This document shows positions 27,310 through 36,797 of a DNA stretch of 64,000 nucleotides, in pieces. The DNA comes from Thermoanaerobaculia bacterium. Its GTDB lineage: Bacteria > Acidobacteriota > Thermoanaerobaculia > Multivoradales > JAGPDF01. Positions within the stretch are counted from its first letter, which is position 1. Each line of letters begins with the position of its first letter. Under the pieces are notes generated by a model. It worked only from the letters and a program-made list of their open reading frames with translations. It searched no databases and was not told where the DNA came from. Position numbers and translations under genes: made by a program. The stretch lies in contig OY969426.1 of NCBI GenBank assembly GCA_963699245.1, forward strand, positions 216,695-280,694, given 5' to 3'.

Positions 27310-27439
27310 GAATCACTCTACGCTCTCCGAGCCGGGCCGGACGGTTGAAAGGGATCGGAAGGTGGACAGCGTCCCATTCCCCGAAGAGAGTCCCCGCGGC
27401 CACTCCGGCGTCTTTTCAATCCTCGACGACAGGTCTACC

Positions 27440-27628
27440 ATGGACGGCATGAAAGCCCGCTGCCCGAAGTGCGGCACGGAGACCGAGGTTCCGGACGAGG
27501 CCCACTACAAGGTGATGCTCTGTCCGAAGTGCGGTGGCGACTTCCACGTGGTGACGGAGACGACGCAGCAGATTAGCCGGGCCTTTATCAGCGAGTACCT
27601 GAAGAGCCTCGAGAAGAAGTCGCAGTAG
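27440..27628 (+). CDS. Small zinc-ribbon protein
   Basis: MDGMKARCPKCGTETEVPDEAHYKVMLCPKCGGDFHV: two CxxC pairs. 62 aa. Confidence 0.55.
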   Translation: MDGMKARCPKCGTETEVPDEAHYKVMLCPKCGGDFHVVTETTQQISRAFISEYLKSLEKKSQ

Positions 27629-27773
27629 CGCCGCTCGGCCGGACGACTCTCGGATCCGAAGGGCCCTCGCGGACCTCGTCCGCCGGGAGCGGCGGGAAGA
27701 TCCTGCCCCCGCCGGACGTTGTGAAATCCTCACAGGCCTCGCCACAGGACAGAACTGGAAAGGGAAAGCGAAC

Positions 27774-28724
27774 ATGGCTCAGAAGAAGGTCATTGCCGTC
27801 GTCGGAGCGACCGGAGCACAGGGGGGCGGACTGGTGCGCGCCATCCTGGCGGACAAGAGCGGGGAATACACCGCGCGGGCGATCACCCGCAAGACCGATT
27901 CGGACAAGGCGCGGGCGCTGGCCGCCCTCGGCGCCGAGGTGGTGGCGGGGGACGCCGACCTGCCGGAGAGCCTGGAGAGGGCCTTCGCCGGCGCCCACGG
28001 CGCCTTCTGCGTGACCAACTTCTGGGAGCACCTGTCGCCCGAGCGCGAGCTGGCGCAGGCCTCGGCCCTGGCGCGCGCGACGCGCAAGGCGGGCGTGCAG
28101 CACGTGGTCTGGTCGACGCTCGAAGACACCCGCCGCGCGGTTCCGCTCGACGATCCGCGCATGCCGGTGCTGCGCGGCAACTACAACGTCCCGCACTTCG
28201 ACGCCAAGGGGGAGGCCGACGAGGTCTTCGCGCGCGAAGGGGCGCCGACCAGCTACCTGCTCGCGGCGTTCTACTGGGACAACTTCATCTACTTCGGCGC
28301 CGGTCCGCATCCCGGACCGGACGGCAACCTGGTGCTGGCGTTGCCGCTCGGCGGCCAGAAGCTGCCGGGCATCGCCGCCGAGGACATCGGCAGGTGCGCC
28401 TTCGGCATTTTCCGCCGCGGCGCGGGGGCGGTCGGCGAGCGCTTCGGCGTCGCTGGCGAGATCCTCTCGGGTGAGGAGATGGCGGCGGCGATGGCGAAGG
28501 CGCTCGGCCGCCCGGTCCACTTCTACGACGTCCCCTTCGAGGTCTACCGCGCCTTCGACTTCCCGGGCGCCGATGACATGGGAAACATGTTCCAGTTCCA
28601 GCAGATTCGCGGCCAGGCCTTCCTCGACAGCCGCGATGTCGCGGCGACGCGCGCGCTCAACCCGCAGTTGCAGGGCTTCGCGGCCTGGCTTGCGGCCAAC
28701 GCCGAGCGCATCCCGATCGGCTGA
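27774..28724 (+). CDS. NmrA-family NAD(P)-binding protein
   Basis: KVIAVVGATGAQGGGLVRAIL Rossmann motif and an NmrA-like length and layout (316 aa). Confidence 0.8.
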   Translation: MAQKKVIAVVGATGAQGGGLVRAILADKSGEYTARAITRKTDSDKARALAALGAEVVAGDADLPESLERAFAGAHGAFCVTNFWEHLSPERELAQASALARATRKAGVQHVVWSTLEDTRRAVPLDDPRMPVLRGNYNVPHFDAKGEADEVFAREGAPTSYLLAAFYWDNFIYFGAGPHPGPDGNLVLALPLGGQKLPGIAAEDIGRCAFGIFRRGAGAVGERFGVAGEILSGEEMAAAMAKALGRPVHFYDVPFEVYRAFDFPGADDMGNMFQFQQIRGQAFLDSRDVAATRALNPQLQGFAAWLAANAERIPIG

Positions 28725-28738
28725 GCCAGCAGTCGGAC

Positions 28739-28787
28739 GGCGAAACCGCGTCGCATCCAAGGGGGTGCGGCGCGGTTTCGCCGTTTC
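28739..28787 (+). terminator. Hairpin terminator candidate (12-bp stem GGCGAAACCGCG / CGCGGTTTCGCC, 20-nt loop, GTTTC tail)
   Basis: Read directly. Lies 15 nt after the NmrA-family stop. The loop is long and the T-tract weak. Confidence 0.45.
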
Positions 28788-28803
28788 AGGGGAGGCGAGC
28801 TCG

Positions 28804-29469
28804 ATGTTCCTGGCGGAGATCTGGCGCTATCCGGTGAAGTCGATGGCGGGGGAGCGGCTCGAGAGCGTGACGCTGGGCCGCGAGGGAGTGCCGGGGGACC
28901 GGATCGCGCAGGTCCGCCTGCCGCTCGCCGACGCTTTCTCCGAGGCCGATGGCGGACGGATCCTGACCGCGCGCCGCCATCCCCGGTTGCTCGCGCATCG
29001 GGCCACGCTGGACGCGGACGGCGAGCCCCGGGTCGACGGCCGGCTGTGGAGCGACGCGAGCGTCGCCGCCGACGTCGAGCGCGCCGCCGGCCCGGGGGCG
29101 CGGCTGGTGCGCGCCGCCACGGCGCTCGACCGCTTCGACATTCTGCCCCTCCTCGTGGCGACCGACGGGGCGATCGACTCGCTCGGCCTCGATCGCCGCC
29201 GTTTCCGCCCCAACCTGCTGATCGGCGGCGTCGCCGGGCTCGCGGAGCGCGCCTGGGAGGGGCGGCGGCTGCGCATCGGCGAGGCGATCGTCGCCCTCGA
29301 CGACCTGCGCGGGCGTTGCGTGATGACGACCTACGATCCCGACACGCAGGAGCAGGAGCCGCGCGTGCTGCGGACGATCGTCGAGCAGCTCGGCGGGGTG
29401 CTCGGCCTCAACGCCGAGGTCGAGCAGCCGGGCGCCGTTCGGGTCGGAGACGCCGTCGAGCTGCTCTGA
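28804..29469 (+). CDS. MOSC-domain protein
   Basis: MFLAEIWRYPVKSMAGERLE...FRPNLLIGG...RLRIGEAIVALDDLRGRCVMTTYDP. Confidence 0.8.
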   Translation: MFLAEIWRYPVKSMAGERLESVTLGREGVPGDRIAQVRLPLADAFSEADGGRILTARRHPRLLAHRATLDADGEPRVDGRLWSDASVAADVERAAGPGARLVRAATALDRFDILPLLVATDGAIDSLGLDRRRFRPNLLIGGVAGLAERAWEGRRLRIGEAIVALDDLRGRCVMTTYDPDTQEQEPRVLRTIVEQLGGVLGLNAEVEQPGAVRVGDAVELL

Positions 29470-29537
29470 TCCGGGACCGATTGCGCCGGCCGGCGCGTTT
29501 CGGGACAATTCGCCGGCACCCCGAAAGGAGACGCCCC

Positions 29538-30023
29538 ATGGCCGGATCGCTCGCTGCCCGTTCGCGCCTCGCGCTGATCGCCGCCGCCCTTCTCGCGCTG
29601 CCGGCGCCGGCGGCGCTGCTCGCCGATGCTGGCGCCGACCGTGCGGCCGTCGCAGGGCTCGACACCGAGTATCAGGCGGCGGTGAAGGCGAACGACGCCG
29701 CCACGATGGACCGCATCCTGATGGACGACTTCACGCTGGTGATCGGCGTCGGCAAGGTCTTCGACAAGAAGGCGCTGCTCGATTCCGCCCGCAACCAGGA
29801 CGCGATCTACACCCACCAGGAGGAGATCGCCGGCACCCAGACGGTGCGCGTGCACGGCGACACCGCGGTGGTCACCGCGCTGCTCTGGATCGCCTACACG
29901 CCCAAGGGGGGCGGCGCGGCGCAGGACTACAAGCTCTGGTTCAGCGACACCTACGTCCGCACGCCGCAGGGGTGGCGCTACTTCTTCGGCCAGGCCGCGC
30001 AGCGGCTTGCGCCGGGGAGCTGA
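29538..30023 (+). CDS. Secreted SnoaL/NTF2-like (DUF4440-like) protein
   Basis: Signal peptide LALIAAALLALPAPAALLA. LDTEYQAAVKANDAATMDRILMDDFTLV...WRYFFGQA. Confidence 0.65.
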   Translation: MAGSLAARSRLALIAAALLALPAPAALLADAGADRAAVAGLDTEYQAAVKANDAATMDRILMDDFTLVIGVGKVFDKKALLDSARNQDAIYTHQEEIAGTQTVRVHGDTAVVTALLWIAYTPKGGGAAQDYKLWFSDTYVRTPQGWRYFFGQAAQRLAPGS

Positions 30024-30175
30024 GGCCGCTCGACCCGCAACTCTTCGCAGGCCGAATTCCGCCCTCCGGGCGCGAGATCGGTCACAGTTCTTCGCCCCCG
30101 ATGGCTCGCTGGTTGCACCGTCCAGCTGGGACGTCGCCGGACTATCCGGCGGCCGACGAGCAGAGGGAGGACTCG

Positions 30176-30788
30176 ATGAGACGAGCCATCGCGATCGGAG
30201 TCGCACTCGCCGCAGCCGCCGCAGCTCGGCGTCGCCGCGCCGGCGGCGGCGGAACAGGACCAGCCCTACCGGACCAAGATCTTCCTCGCGGCGTCCTACG
30301 TGGCGCCGCTCAGCGAATCGGACCAGAACTTCCAGGGCGTCGTCGATTCGGTGAAGGCGTCGGAGGAGCTCGGCTGGGAGGCCGGCATCGCCGGGCGCTG
30401 GAACCCGCTCCTCGGTTGGGAGCTGAGCTACCTGCACGCCACGCAGGACGTCGATTTCGGCGGCAACACGATCGGCAAAGTCGACTTCGAGCCGATCGCC
30501 TTCACGCTCGAGTTCCATCTCGTCCCGACCTCGGTGGTCGATCTCTGGATCGGGCCGACGGTCGCCTGGGTGCGCTGGGGGGACCTGAAGGTCGAGAACG
30601 GCGACATCTACAAGGGGGGCACCGACTCCGCCTATGGCGCCACGGTCGGCCTCGACCTCGGCCTCGGCGAGCACCTGGCGATCACCGGTGCGGTGCGCTA
30701 CATCAAGGCCAAGGCGGACCTCGAGGGATTCAAGTCGGCCAACGTCGACCCGCTGTTCGCGCGGCTCGGCCTGGCGGTCCGGTTCTGA
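30176..30788 (+). CDS. OmpW-like outer-membrane beta-barrel protein; one frame change near 30235
   Basis: ATG at 30176: MRRAIAIGVALAAAAAA. After a frame change: AAEQDQPYRTKIFLAASYVAPLSESD...DFEPIAFTLEFHL...LFARLGLAVRF (terminal F). Confidence 0.65.
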
Positions 30789-30795
30789 GATCCCG

Positions 30796-30825
30796 CCCGG
30801 CGCGATCTCAGTTGATCGCGCCGGG
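30796..30825. terminator. Bidirectional hairpin between convergent genes (CCCGGCGCGATC-tcagtt-GATCGCGCCGGG)
   Basis: Perfect 12-bp stem read directly. Overlaps the apaG stop codon. No T-tract. Confidence 0.45.
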
Positions 30826-31194
30826 CGCGGCGAGGGGGAAGGGGGCGATGCGGGCCTCGAAGCGCTCGCCGGTCGAGGCGATCTCCATCACGTAGTGCCC
30901 TTCCATCGTGCCGCTCGGCGTCGGCAGCGGGCAGAAGCTCTGGTACTCGAACGACTCGCCCGGCTCGAGAGTCGGGGTCTCGCCGATGACGCCGGGGCCT
31001 TCGACGCGATTCACGTGGCCGTGGTCGTCGGTGATGATCCAGAGCCGCGACAGGAGTCGCGCGGTCCGGTCGCCGATGTTCTCGATCCGGATCCGGTAGG
31101 AGAAAAACCACCGCCCCTGCGCCGGCGAGCTCTGCGCGGGCTCGTAGGTGCTGCGGGCGACGACGCGGATGCCGCGGGTGGTGGTGTCGCTCAC
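30808..31194 (-). CDS. apaG: ApaG (DUF525) protein
   Basis: GTG at 31194: VSDTTTRGIRVVARSTYEPAQSSPAQGRWFFSYRIRIENIGDRTARLLSRLWIITDDHGHVNRVEGPGVIGETPTLEPGESFEYQS. Confidence 0.85.
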   Translation of the reverse strand: MSDTTTRGIRVVARSTYEPAQSSPAQGRWFFSYRIRIENIGDRTARLLSRLWIITDDHGHVNRVEGPGVIGETPTLEPGESFEYQSFCPLPTPSGTMEGHYVMEIASTGERFEARIAPFPLAAPGAIN

Positions 31195-33863
31195 GGGCGT
31201 TCGGTTCCGTTGCCCGCCGATTCCCAACCGCGCGCCACGACGATCGGCGGCGGCACCGCGTCCTTGCGCGAATCGACGATCACGACCACGTTTCCATCCG
31301 GCAGCACGTCCAGGTCGCGGACCGGGCCGTCGAATCTCTTCCAACGCCGTTCGAGCTCCACCTAAGGACTGGAGCCGAGGTCGACGCGCGCGCTGGCGAT
31401 CTCTTCGCCGTTCGCGCCGGCGACGAAGACGATCTCGCGGCCCGCCGCGCGCCAGCGCGGCAGATCTGCCGCCTGCGGTCGAAACGCGCAGCTTGCGGCC
31501 CGGCCCGGGCAGCGGCTGGAGATAGACCTCGTAACGTGCCCGACTCGTTCGAGGCGAACGCCAGCCAACGGCCGTCCGGAGAGTAGCTGCCGAAAAATTC
31601 GTCGTAAGGCGAGGAGATCAGCGGACCGAGCGGGGCTGGCGCCATCGAGCGGCAGCTCCCAGAGGTCGGCGGTGTTCGTGGCGCCGGCTTTTCTGAAGAG
31701 CAGGCGCGCGCCGTCGGGAGAGACGTCGATCGGGACCGCCGGAAAGTCCGAATCGAGACGCGAGACCGGCTCGCCGCCGTCCAGAGCGCTGCTCGTAGAT
31801 GTGATTGCGGACGCCGCGCACGGAGAGATAGAAGAGCGACTGCCCGTCGCGTCTCCAGACCGGGAAGTTGTTGGACCAGGCGCGGGTGACGCGGACCCGT
31901 GTTCCCGCGATCGCGCTCGAGCAGCCAGAGCTGGGCCGCGGCGGCATCGATGTCGAGCGCCAGCGTCTTGCCGTCGGGCGAGACGCGCAGCCGTTGGTAG
32001 GGATCGAGTCTCGGCAGCGATCGGCCGGGTGGTGCCGTCGGGCGCGATCTCCAGCAGCTGCCGCTGGAAAGTCGTGAGACCGCCCGGTACGTAGGCGAGG
32101 GTGCCGTCGGCCGCCAGGGCGACTTCGGCGAGCCCCGAGAGCGCGTCGTCGGCGACACCGTCCTGGATCAGCCGCGGCTCGCCGACCAGGGTCAGGCGCG
32201 AGAGGTCGAGCTTGCCCTCGAAGAGGCCCCCGGCGCGCATGAACAGGAGGCGATCGGGAGGCAGGAAGCGCGAGTAGCTCGCCTGACTGACCACGACCGT
32301 TCGCCGCTTCGTGCGTGTCGAGTAGGCCTCGATGCGCGCTTCGGCGAAGCTCTGGAGATCGATCGTGGCGACGGTGAAGAGGACGACTTCGCCGCCGGGG
32401 AGCAGCGTCGGCCAGCGAAAGCTGCGCTCGCCGGCGGCGGGGTCGGGAAGAACGATCGGCGTCGGTTCGCCGCCATCTCGTGCCGCGCGGAGGATCCCCG
32501 CTTCGGTGGCTGGCGAGAACCAGAGCGCGCCGTCGAGAGCGAGCGCGGCGCCGCGGAAGCGCCTCATCGCCGCCTGGCGCAACGGCGCGCCGCCGCGCAG
32601 TGCGAGCCACTCGATCGCCCGACCGCGGGTGATCGCCACGCTGGCGCCGTCGGCGGCGACGGCGGCGATGCCGGAGAGGTCTTCGCTGCCGGGGATCTCC
32701 TGGCTCTCGAGCGTCGCCAGGGAGCGATTCACCAGGACGGTTCGCCCGGCGCGCGCGGTGATCCAGAAGAGCCGGCTGCCGTCGGGGGAGATCGCGATTC
32801 GGCCGTCATGGAGGATGTCGGCGAGGGGCGGATCCGAGATGGTGAAGCGGATCGGACTCGAGCTGGCGACCGGGGCGACGATGGCGCGATGGGTCAGCGC
32901 CCAGACCAGCGCCGCCAGGGCGATCAGCGCCGAAAGGCCGGCGATCGCCCAGGGTCGGCGATCGATGGCGCTGGCGGCGGGAAGCAGCGTCGTCCGTGGA
33001 GCGGCGCGGGCCGGCGGCTCGTCGAGATCGAGGCGGGCGTCGCCGAGGTCGCGCAGCCGCTTCGCCGGATCGCGCTCGAGGCAGCGACGCAGCAGGCGCC
33101 GCACCGCGGCGGGCGTCTCGTCCGGCAGCCGGTTCCAGTCGGGCTCGGCGCGCAGCACCGCCGCGATCGTGTCGGAGACCGTCTCGCCGCCGAAGAGCCG
33201 GCGGCCGGTCAGCATCTCCCAAAGCACGCAGCCGAACGCCCAGACGTCGGCGCGCCGATCGACCGGCCGGCCGCGTGCCTGCTCGGGGCTCATGTAGGCG
33301 GCGGTGCCGAGGATCACGCCCTCGACTGTCGCCCCGAAAGTGAGCGTCGGAGAGTGCGCCAAGTCGCCGGCGCCGACGTCGAGCCCCTTCGCCAGCCCGA
33401 AGTCGAGTACCTTGACGCGTCCGTCGGCGGTGACCTGGACGTTTGCCGGCTTGAGGTCACGGTGGACGACCCCCTGCTCGTGCGCGGCGGCCAGCGCGTC
33501 GGCGATCTGCCGTGCGATGGCAAGCGCTTCGTCGACCGGCAGCGCGCCGTTCTCGAGGCGGTGGGCGAGATCTTCGCCGGGCACCAGCTCCATGGCGAGG
33601 AAGCGATTGCCGGCGAGCTCATGCAGGCCGTAGACCGCGGCGATGTTGGGGTGATTGAGCGAGGCGAGCAGCCGCGCCTCGCGCTCGAAGCGCGCCAAGC
33701 GCTCGCCATCGCTGGCGAAGGCGGTCGGCAGCACTTTGATCGCCACCTCCCGCCCGAGCGTGCTGTCGACGGCGCGATAGACCTCACCCATGCCGCCGGC
33801 GCCCAACGGCGCGACGATCCTGTAATGCAGCAGGGTGCTGCCGGGCTGGAGCGCGAGCGTCAT
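31191..33863 (-). pseudogene. Ser/Thr protein kinase with TM segment and TolB-like beta-propeller; kinase half intact, at least 7 frame changes in the last ~850 nt
   Basis: MTLALQPGSTLLHYRIVAPLGAGGMGEVYRAVD...HRDLKPANV...DFGLAK (Hanks kinase). The propeller text hops frames from ~32050 downward (RLDPYQRLRVSPDGKTLALDID / NNFPVWRRDGQSLFY / DVSPDGARLLF / FGSYSPDGRWLAFASNESG / DVLPDGNVVVIVD...PPIVVARGWE). Stop TGA 31191-31193 overlaps the apaG GTG (GTGA). Confidence 0.75.
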
Positions 33864-33913
33864 GGGGGGCGGGGACCGAAAGGCAGTCTAGCCCGTCCCG
33901 ATTCGCACCGGGG

Positions 33914-34597
33914 TTACTTCTTCTCGCGCTCCGCGAGCCAGGCGTCGAGCTCGGCGACGGCCTGGGCCATCTCGGGACCGAGCCGCGCGCGCTGCGCTTC
34001 GAGCCAGGCTCGGAACTCGGCGAGGAAGCCCTTCGCCGCCTTGGCGCTGTCGAGAGCCAGCTCCTCGTAGACCGCCTTCGCCTCGGCGACCTTGAAGGTG
34101 GCGAGGTAAGCGCGCCCCTTGCCGACCAGCGCCGCGGTCGATTTCTTGTCGAGCGCCAGGGCGCGGTCGAAGGTGGCGATCGCCTGGTCGAAGTGGCCGG
34201 ACTTGATCATCAGGTTGGCGAGACCGACCCAGGCGTCGACGAGCTTCGGGTCCTGCTTGAGCGCCGACTGGTACTCCTGGATCGCTTCTTCGAAGGAGGC
34301 CTTCGCCTTGTCGCGATACTCCTTCTTGTCCGCCTCGCTGGTCGCGGCGGCGGCCTTCTTGTCGAATTTCTCGGCCTGCGACACGGCGCGATTGCCGCCG
34401 GTGAGGTGCATCCGCGCCTGCTGCGCGGTGTTGAGCCCCTCGGGGCCGGTATTGATCGCGTTGTCCTCGGCCTCGTTCACTGCCGCGTCGGCCGGGCTCT
34501 CCTGCGCGGCGAGGGGAGCCGCCGTCGTGGCGAGCGCCAGGGCGGCGAGCAGTGCGAGAGCGAGAGAGAGAAGGGGACGAAGTGAGCGAGAGGGCAT
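33914..34597 (-). CDS. Secreted TPR-repeat protein
   Basis: ATG at 34597 with signal peptide LLSLALALLAALALATTAAPLAAQ. TPR-like AIQEYQSALKQDPKLVDAWVGLANLMIKSGHFDQAIATFDRALALDKK. Confidence 0.7.
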   Translation of the reverse strand: MPSRSLRPLLSLALALLAALALATTAAPLAAQESPADAAVNEAEDNAINTGPEGLNTAQQARMHLTGGNRAVSQAEKFDKKAAAATSEADKKEYRDKAKASFEEAIQEYQSALKQDPKLVDAWVGLANLMIKSGHFDQAIATFDRALALDKKSTAALVGKGRAYLATFKVAEAKAVYEELALDSAKAAKGFLAEFRAWLEAQRARLGPEMAQAVAELDAWLAEREKK

Positions 34598-34829
34598 GGG
34601 CGGGCTCCGGAGTGGGGGCGACTCGGCGGGGGATTCTCTCAGAGCCGCGGGCACGATCGAAGCGCTTCGGCTTCGGGTCTCCCGCCCGCCCGGGTGGCGG
34701 TTGCCGGCCGGGGCCGTGGTACCTCTTGCACAGGGCGCCTCGGGTGCGACGGTCAAGCAGCGCCGCCTGGAGTCAGGCGGCGCTCCTTTCCCCCCTCCCC
34801 GTTCTCCCGAGGCGCCTGTCGGGGAGCGC

Positions 34830-36788
34830 ATGGCCCAACGGGGAGTCTTTCGTCGTCCGCGCCTGGTGGTGGCGGGTTCCTCTCTGCAGATCGGCCGGCA
34901 CGTCGCCGACGCGTTGCGGCAGGAGCATCGCGTCTTCGTGGTCACGCCGCGCTCGATCGAGGAGTGTGGCGCTCCGGGGGTCGAGCCCGGGGCCTGGTTG
35001 CAGGTCGATCTCGCCGATCGCGAACGGGTCCGGAACGCCTTCGAGGCGATCGGCGAGAGCGGCAACGTCGATCTGGTGATCTATGTCGGCGCCGATCCGT
35101 CGCCGGACGGAACCATCGCGGCGGCCGGCGGGGAGCTCGCGAACGTCATCGGCGCCTGCGCGGCGGTGACGCCGCAGCGCTTCCTGCTCGTCCGTCCCGA
35201 GGCGCCGGAAGGGGCCGCGGACCCGGCGCGCGCCGCTCTCGAGCGCGCCGAGGACGAAGCGCTGAAGGCCGGCCGCGGTACGCTCCCCGTGGCGAGCATC
35301 CGCTTCGCGCCGCGGCCGCGCCTGATCCTGACCGGGGCGTCGGGCTTCATCGGACGTCACCTGATCGATGCGCTGCGCGAGGACTTCGAGATCGTCGCGC
35401 TGGCGCGCAGCTCGCAGAGCTACTGCGGCGTGCCGCCGCACCCGAACGTCTCCTGGCTGCAGGTCGACCTCTGCGACCGGGCGGCGCTGGCGGGCGCCTT
35501 CCGCCGCATCCGCGAGGGGGGCGGCGCCGATTTCGTGGTCCATCTCGCCGCCTATTACGATTTCACCGGCGAGCCGCATCCCGACTACCAGCGCACCAAC
35601 GTCGACGCCCTGCGCGACGTGCTCGAGGAGTGCCGCGCGTTGCGACTGCGCCGCTTCGTCTTCGCGAGCTCGCTCGCCGCCTCCGATTTCCCTCCGGCGG
35701 GCGTGCGGCTCGACGAAGCGAGCGCGCCGGACGGCCCGCATCCCTACGCGATCACCAAGCGGCGCGGCGAAGCGCTGCTGCGCGAGTTCGCCGACGTGCC
35801 GTCGGCCATCGTGAGGCTGGCCGCGATCTACTCGGACTGGCTCGAGTATCCGCCGCTCTTCGTCTCGTTCGAGCGCTGGCGGTCGGCCTCCTGGGATCGC
35901 GGCATCCTCGGCGGGCGCGGCGAGTTCGCCATTCCCTACCTGCACGTCCAGGACGTCCGGGAGTTCCTGATCCGCCTGCTCGGCGCGAGCGACGAGCTCG
36001 AGCCCGCCGAGGTCCTGATCGCGAGTCCCGACGAGCCGACGTCGCTGCGGTTCCTCTTCGAACGGGTGGCGCGCTCGGACGAAGGCAAGCTGCCGCCGTC
36101 GCCGGCGCTGCCGGTGCCGGTCTGCCGCGTCGGCATGGTGGCGCGCGACCTGCTCGGCCGCGCGCTCGGCAGCCGCCCCTTCGAGCGCCCCTGGATGGCC
36201 GGCTACATCGATCGCACCATGCCGGTCGACGCCCGGCGGACGCGTTCGCGGCTGGGCTGGCAGCCGCGCGAACGGCTGCTGCTCGAGCGCCGCCTGCCGC
36301 TGCTGCTGCAGAACCGCCGGGCGACTCCGGCCGAATGGCAGCGGCGCAACCAGGTGGTGCTGCAGCGCAACCGCACCGCGCTTCACCTCGAGCTCCATGC
36401 CGCGCTGGAACGGATCGAGCCGGAGGCACTGCGGCGGGTCGCCCTGGCGCCACGGGCGGCCCAGCCACCCCCCGACGACTGGGGGAGCCGGGTCGCCTTC
36501 GAGCAACTGCGCGCCGCGGTCCGGAATCGCGACGCGTTCGAATTCGGAACCTTCTGCGGGCTGCTCGCCGAGCGCCGGTTCGACCAGGGGTGGCTGGCCG
36601 CGGAGGTCGACGCCGAGCTGCGGGCGCTCGAGGCGAGCTCGGTCGCCGCGGTGCGGGAGGAGGCGGAAACGGCGCCGTTGCGCGCGCAGCTGGAAGAGCT
36701 CCTCGGCCTGCAGTTCCAGATGGGGCGGGACCAGGTCGAAGAGCGCTACGAGCAGATCCGGCTCCATCCGCACCGGCGCGCCGGCTGA
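34830..36788 (+). CDS. NAD-dependent epimerase/dehydratase-family protein with degenerate N-terminal half-domain and ~200-aa helical C-terminal extension
   Basis: ATG at 34830. Canonical LILTGASGFIGRHLIDAL at residue ~180 with the YxxxK context PYAITKRRGE. The first ~170 aa have only a weak Rossmann-like pattern (LVVAGSSLQIGRHV). Intact, 652 aa. Confidence 0.65.
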   Translation: MAQRGVFRRPRLVVAGSSLQIGRHVADALRQEHRVFVVTPRSIEECGAPGVEPGAWLQVDLADRERVRNAFEAIGESGNVDLVIYVGADPSPDGTIAAAGGELANVIGACAAVTPQRFLLVRPEAPEGAADPARAALERAEDEALKAGRGTLPVASIRFAPRPRLILTGASGFIGRHLIDALREDFEIVALARSSQSYCGVPPHPNVSWLQVDLCDRAALAGAFRRIREGGGADFVVHLAAYYDFTGEPHPDYQRTNVDALRDVLEECRALRLRRFVFASSLAASDFPPAGVRLDEASAPDGPHPYAITKRRGEALLREFADVPSAIVRLAAIYSDWLEYPPLFVSFERWRSASWDRGILGGRGEFAIPYLHVQDVREFLIRLLGASDELEPAEVLIASPDEPTSLRFLFERVARSDEGKLPPSPALPVPVCRVGMVARDLLGRALGSRPFERPWMAGYIDRTMPVDARRTRSRLGWQPRERLLLERRLPLLLQNRRATPAEWQRRNQVVLQRNRTALHLELHAALERIEPEALRRVALAPRAAQPPPDDWGSRVAFEQLRAAVRNRDAFEFGTFCGLLAERRFDQGWLAAEVDAELRALEASSVAAVREEAETAPLRAQLEELLGLQFQMGRDQVEERYEQIRLHPHRRAG

Positions 36789-36797
36789 CGCCGGCCT

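Noticed and set aside
22615-27348. 1577-aa ORF in the six-frame track, the longest in the window
   Set aside because: Only its first ~70 codons are real (N-terminus of the GAF-PP2C gene). The rest is Arg/Ala/Gly/Pro-rich text running through genes read convincingly in other frames or strands (PP2C, the GH-like gene, the K/A-rich protein, SOUL). This is the usual stop-codon-poor off-frame artefact of ~70% GC DNA.
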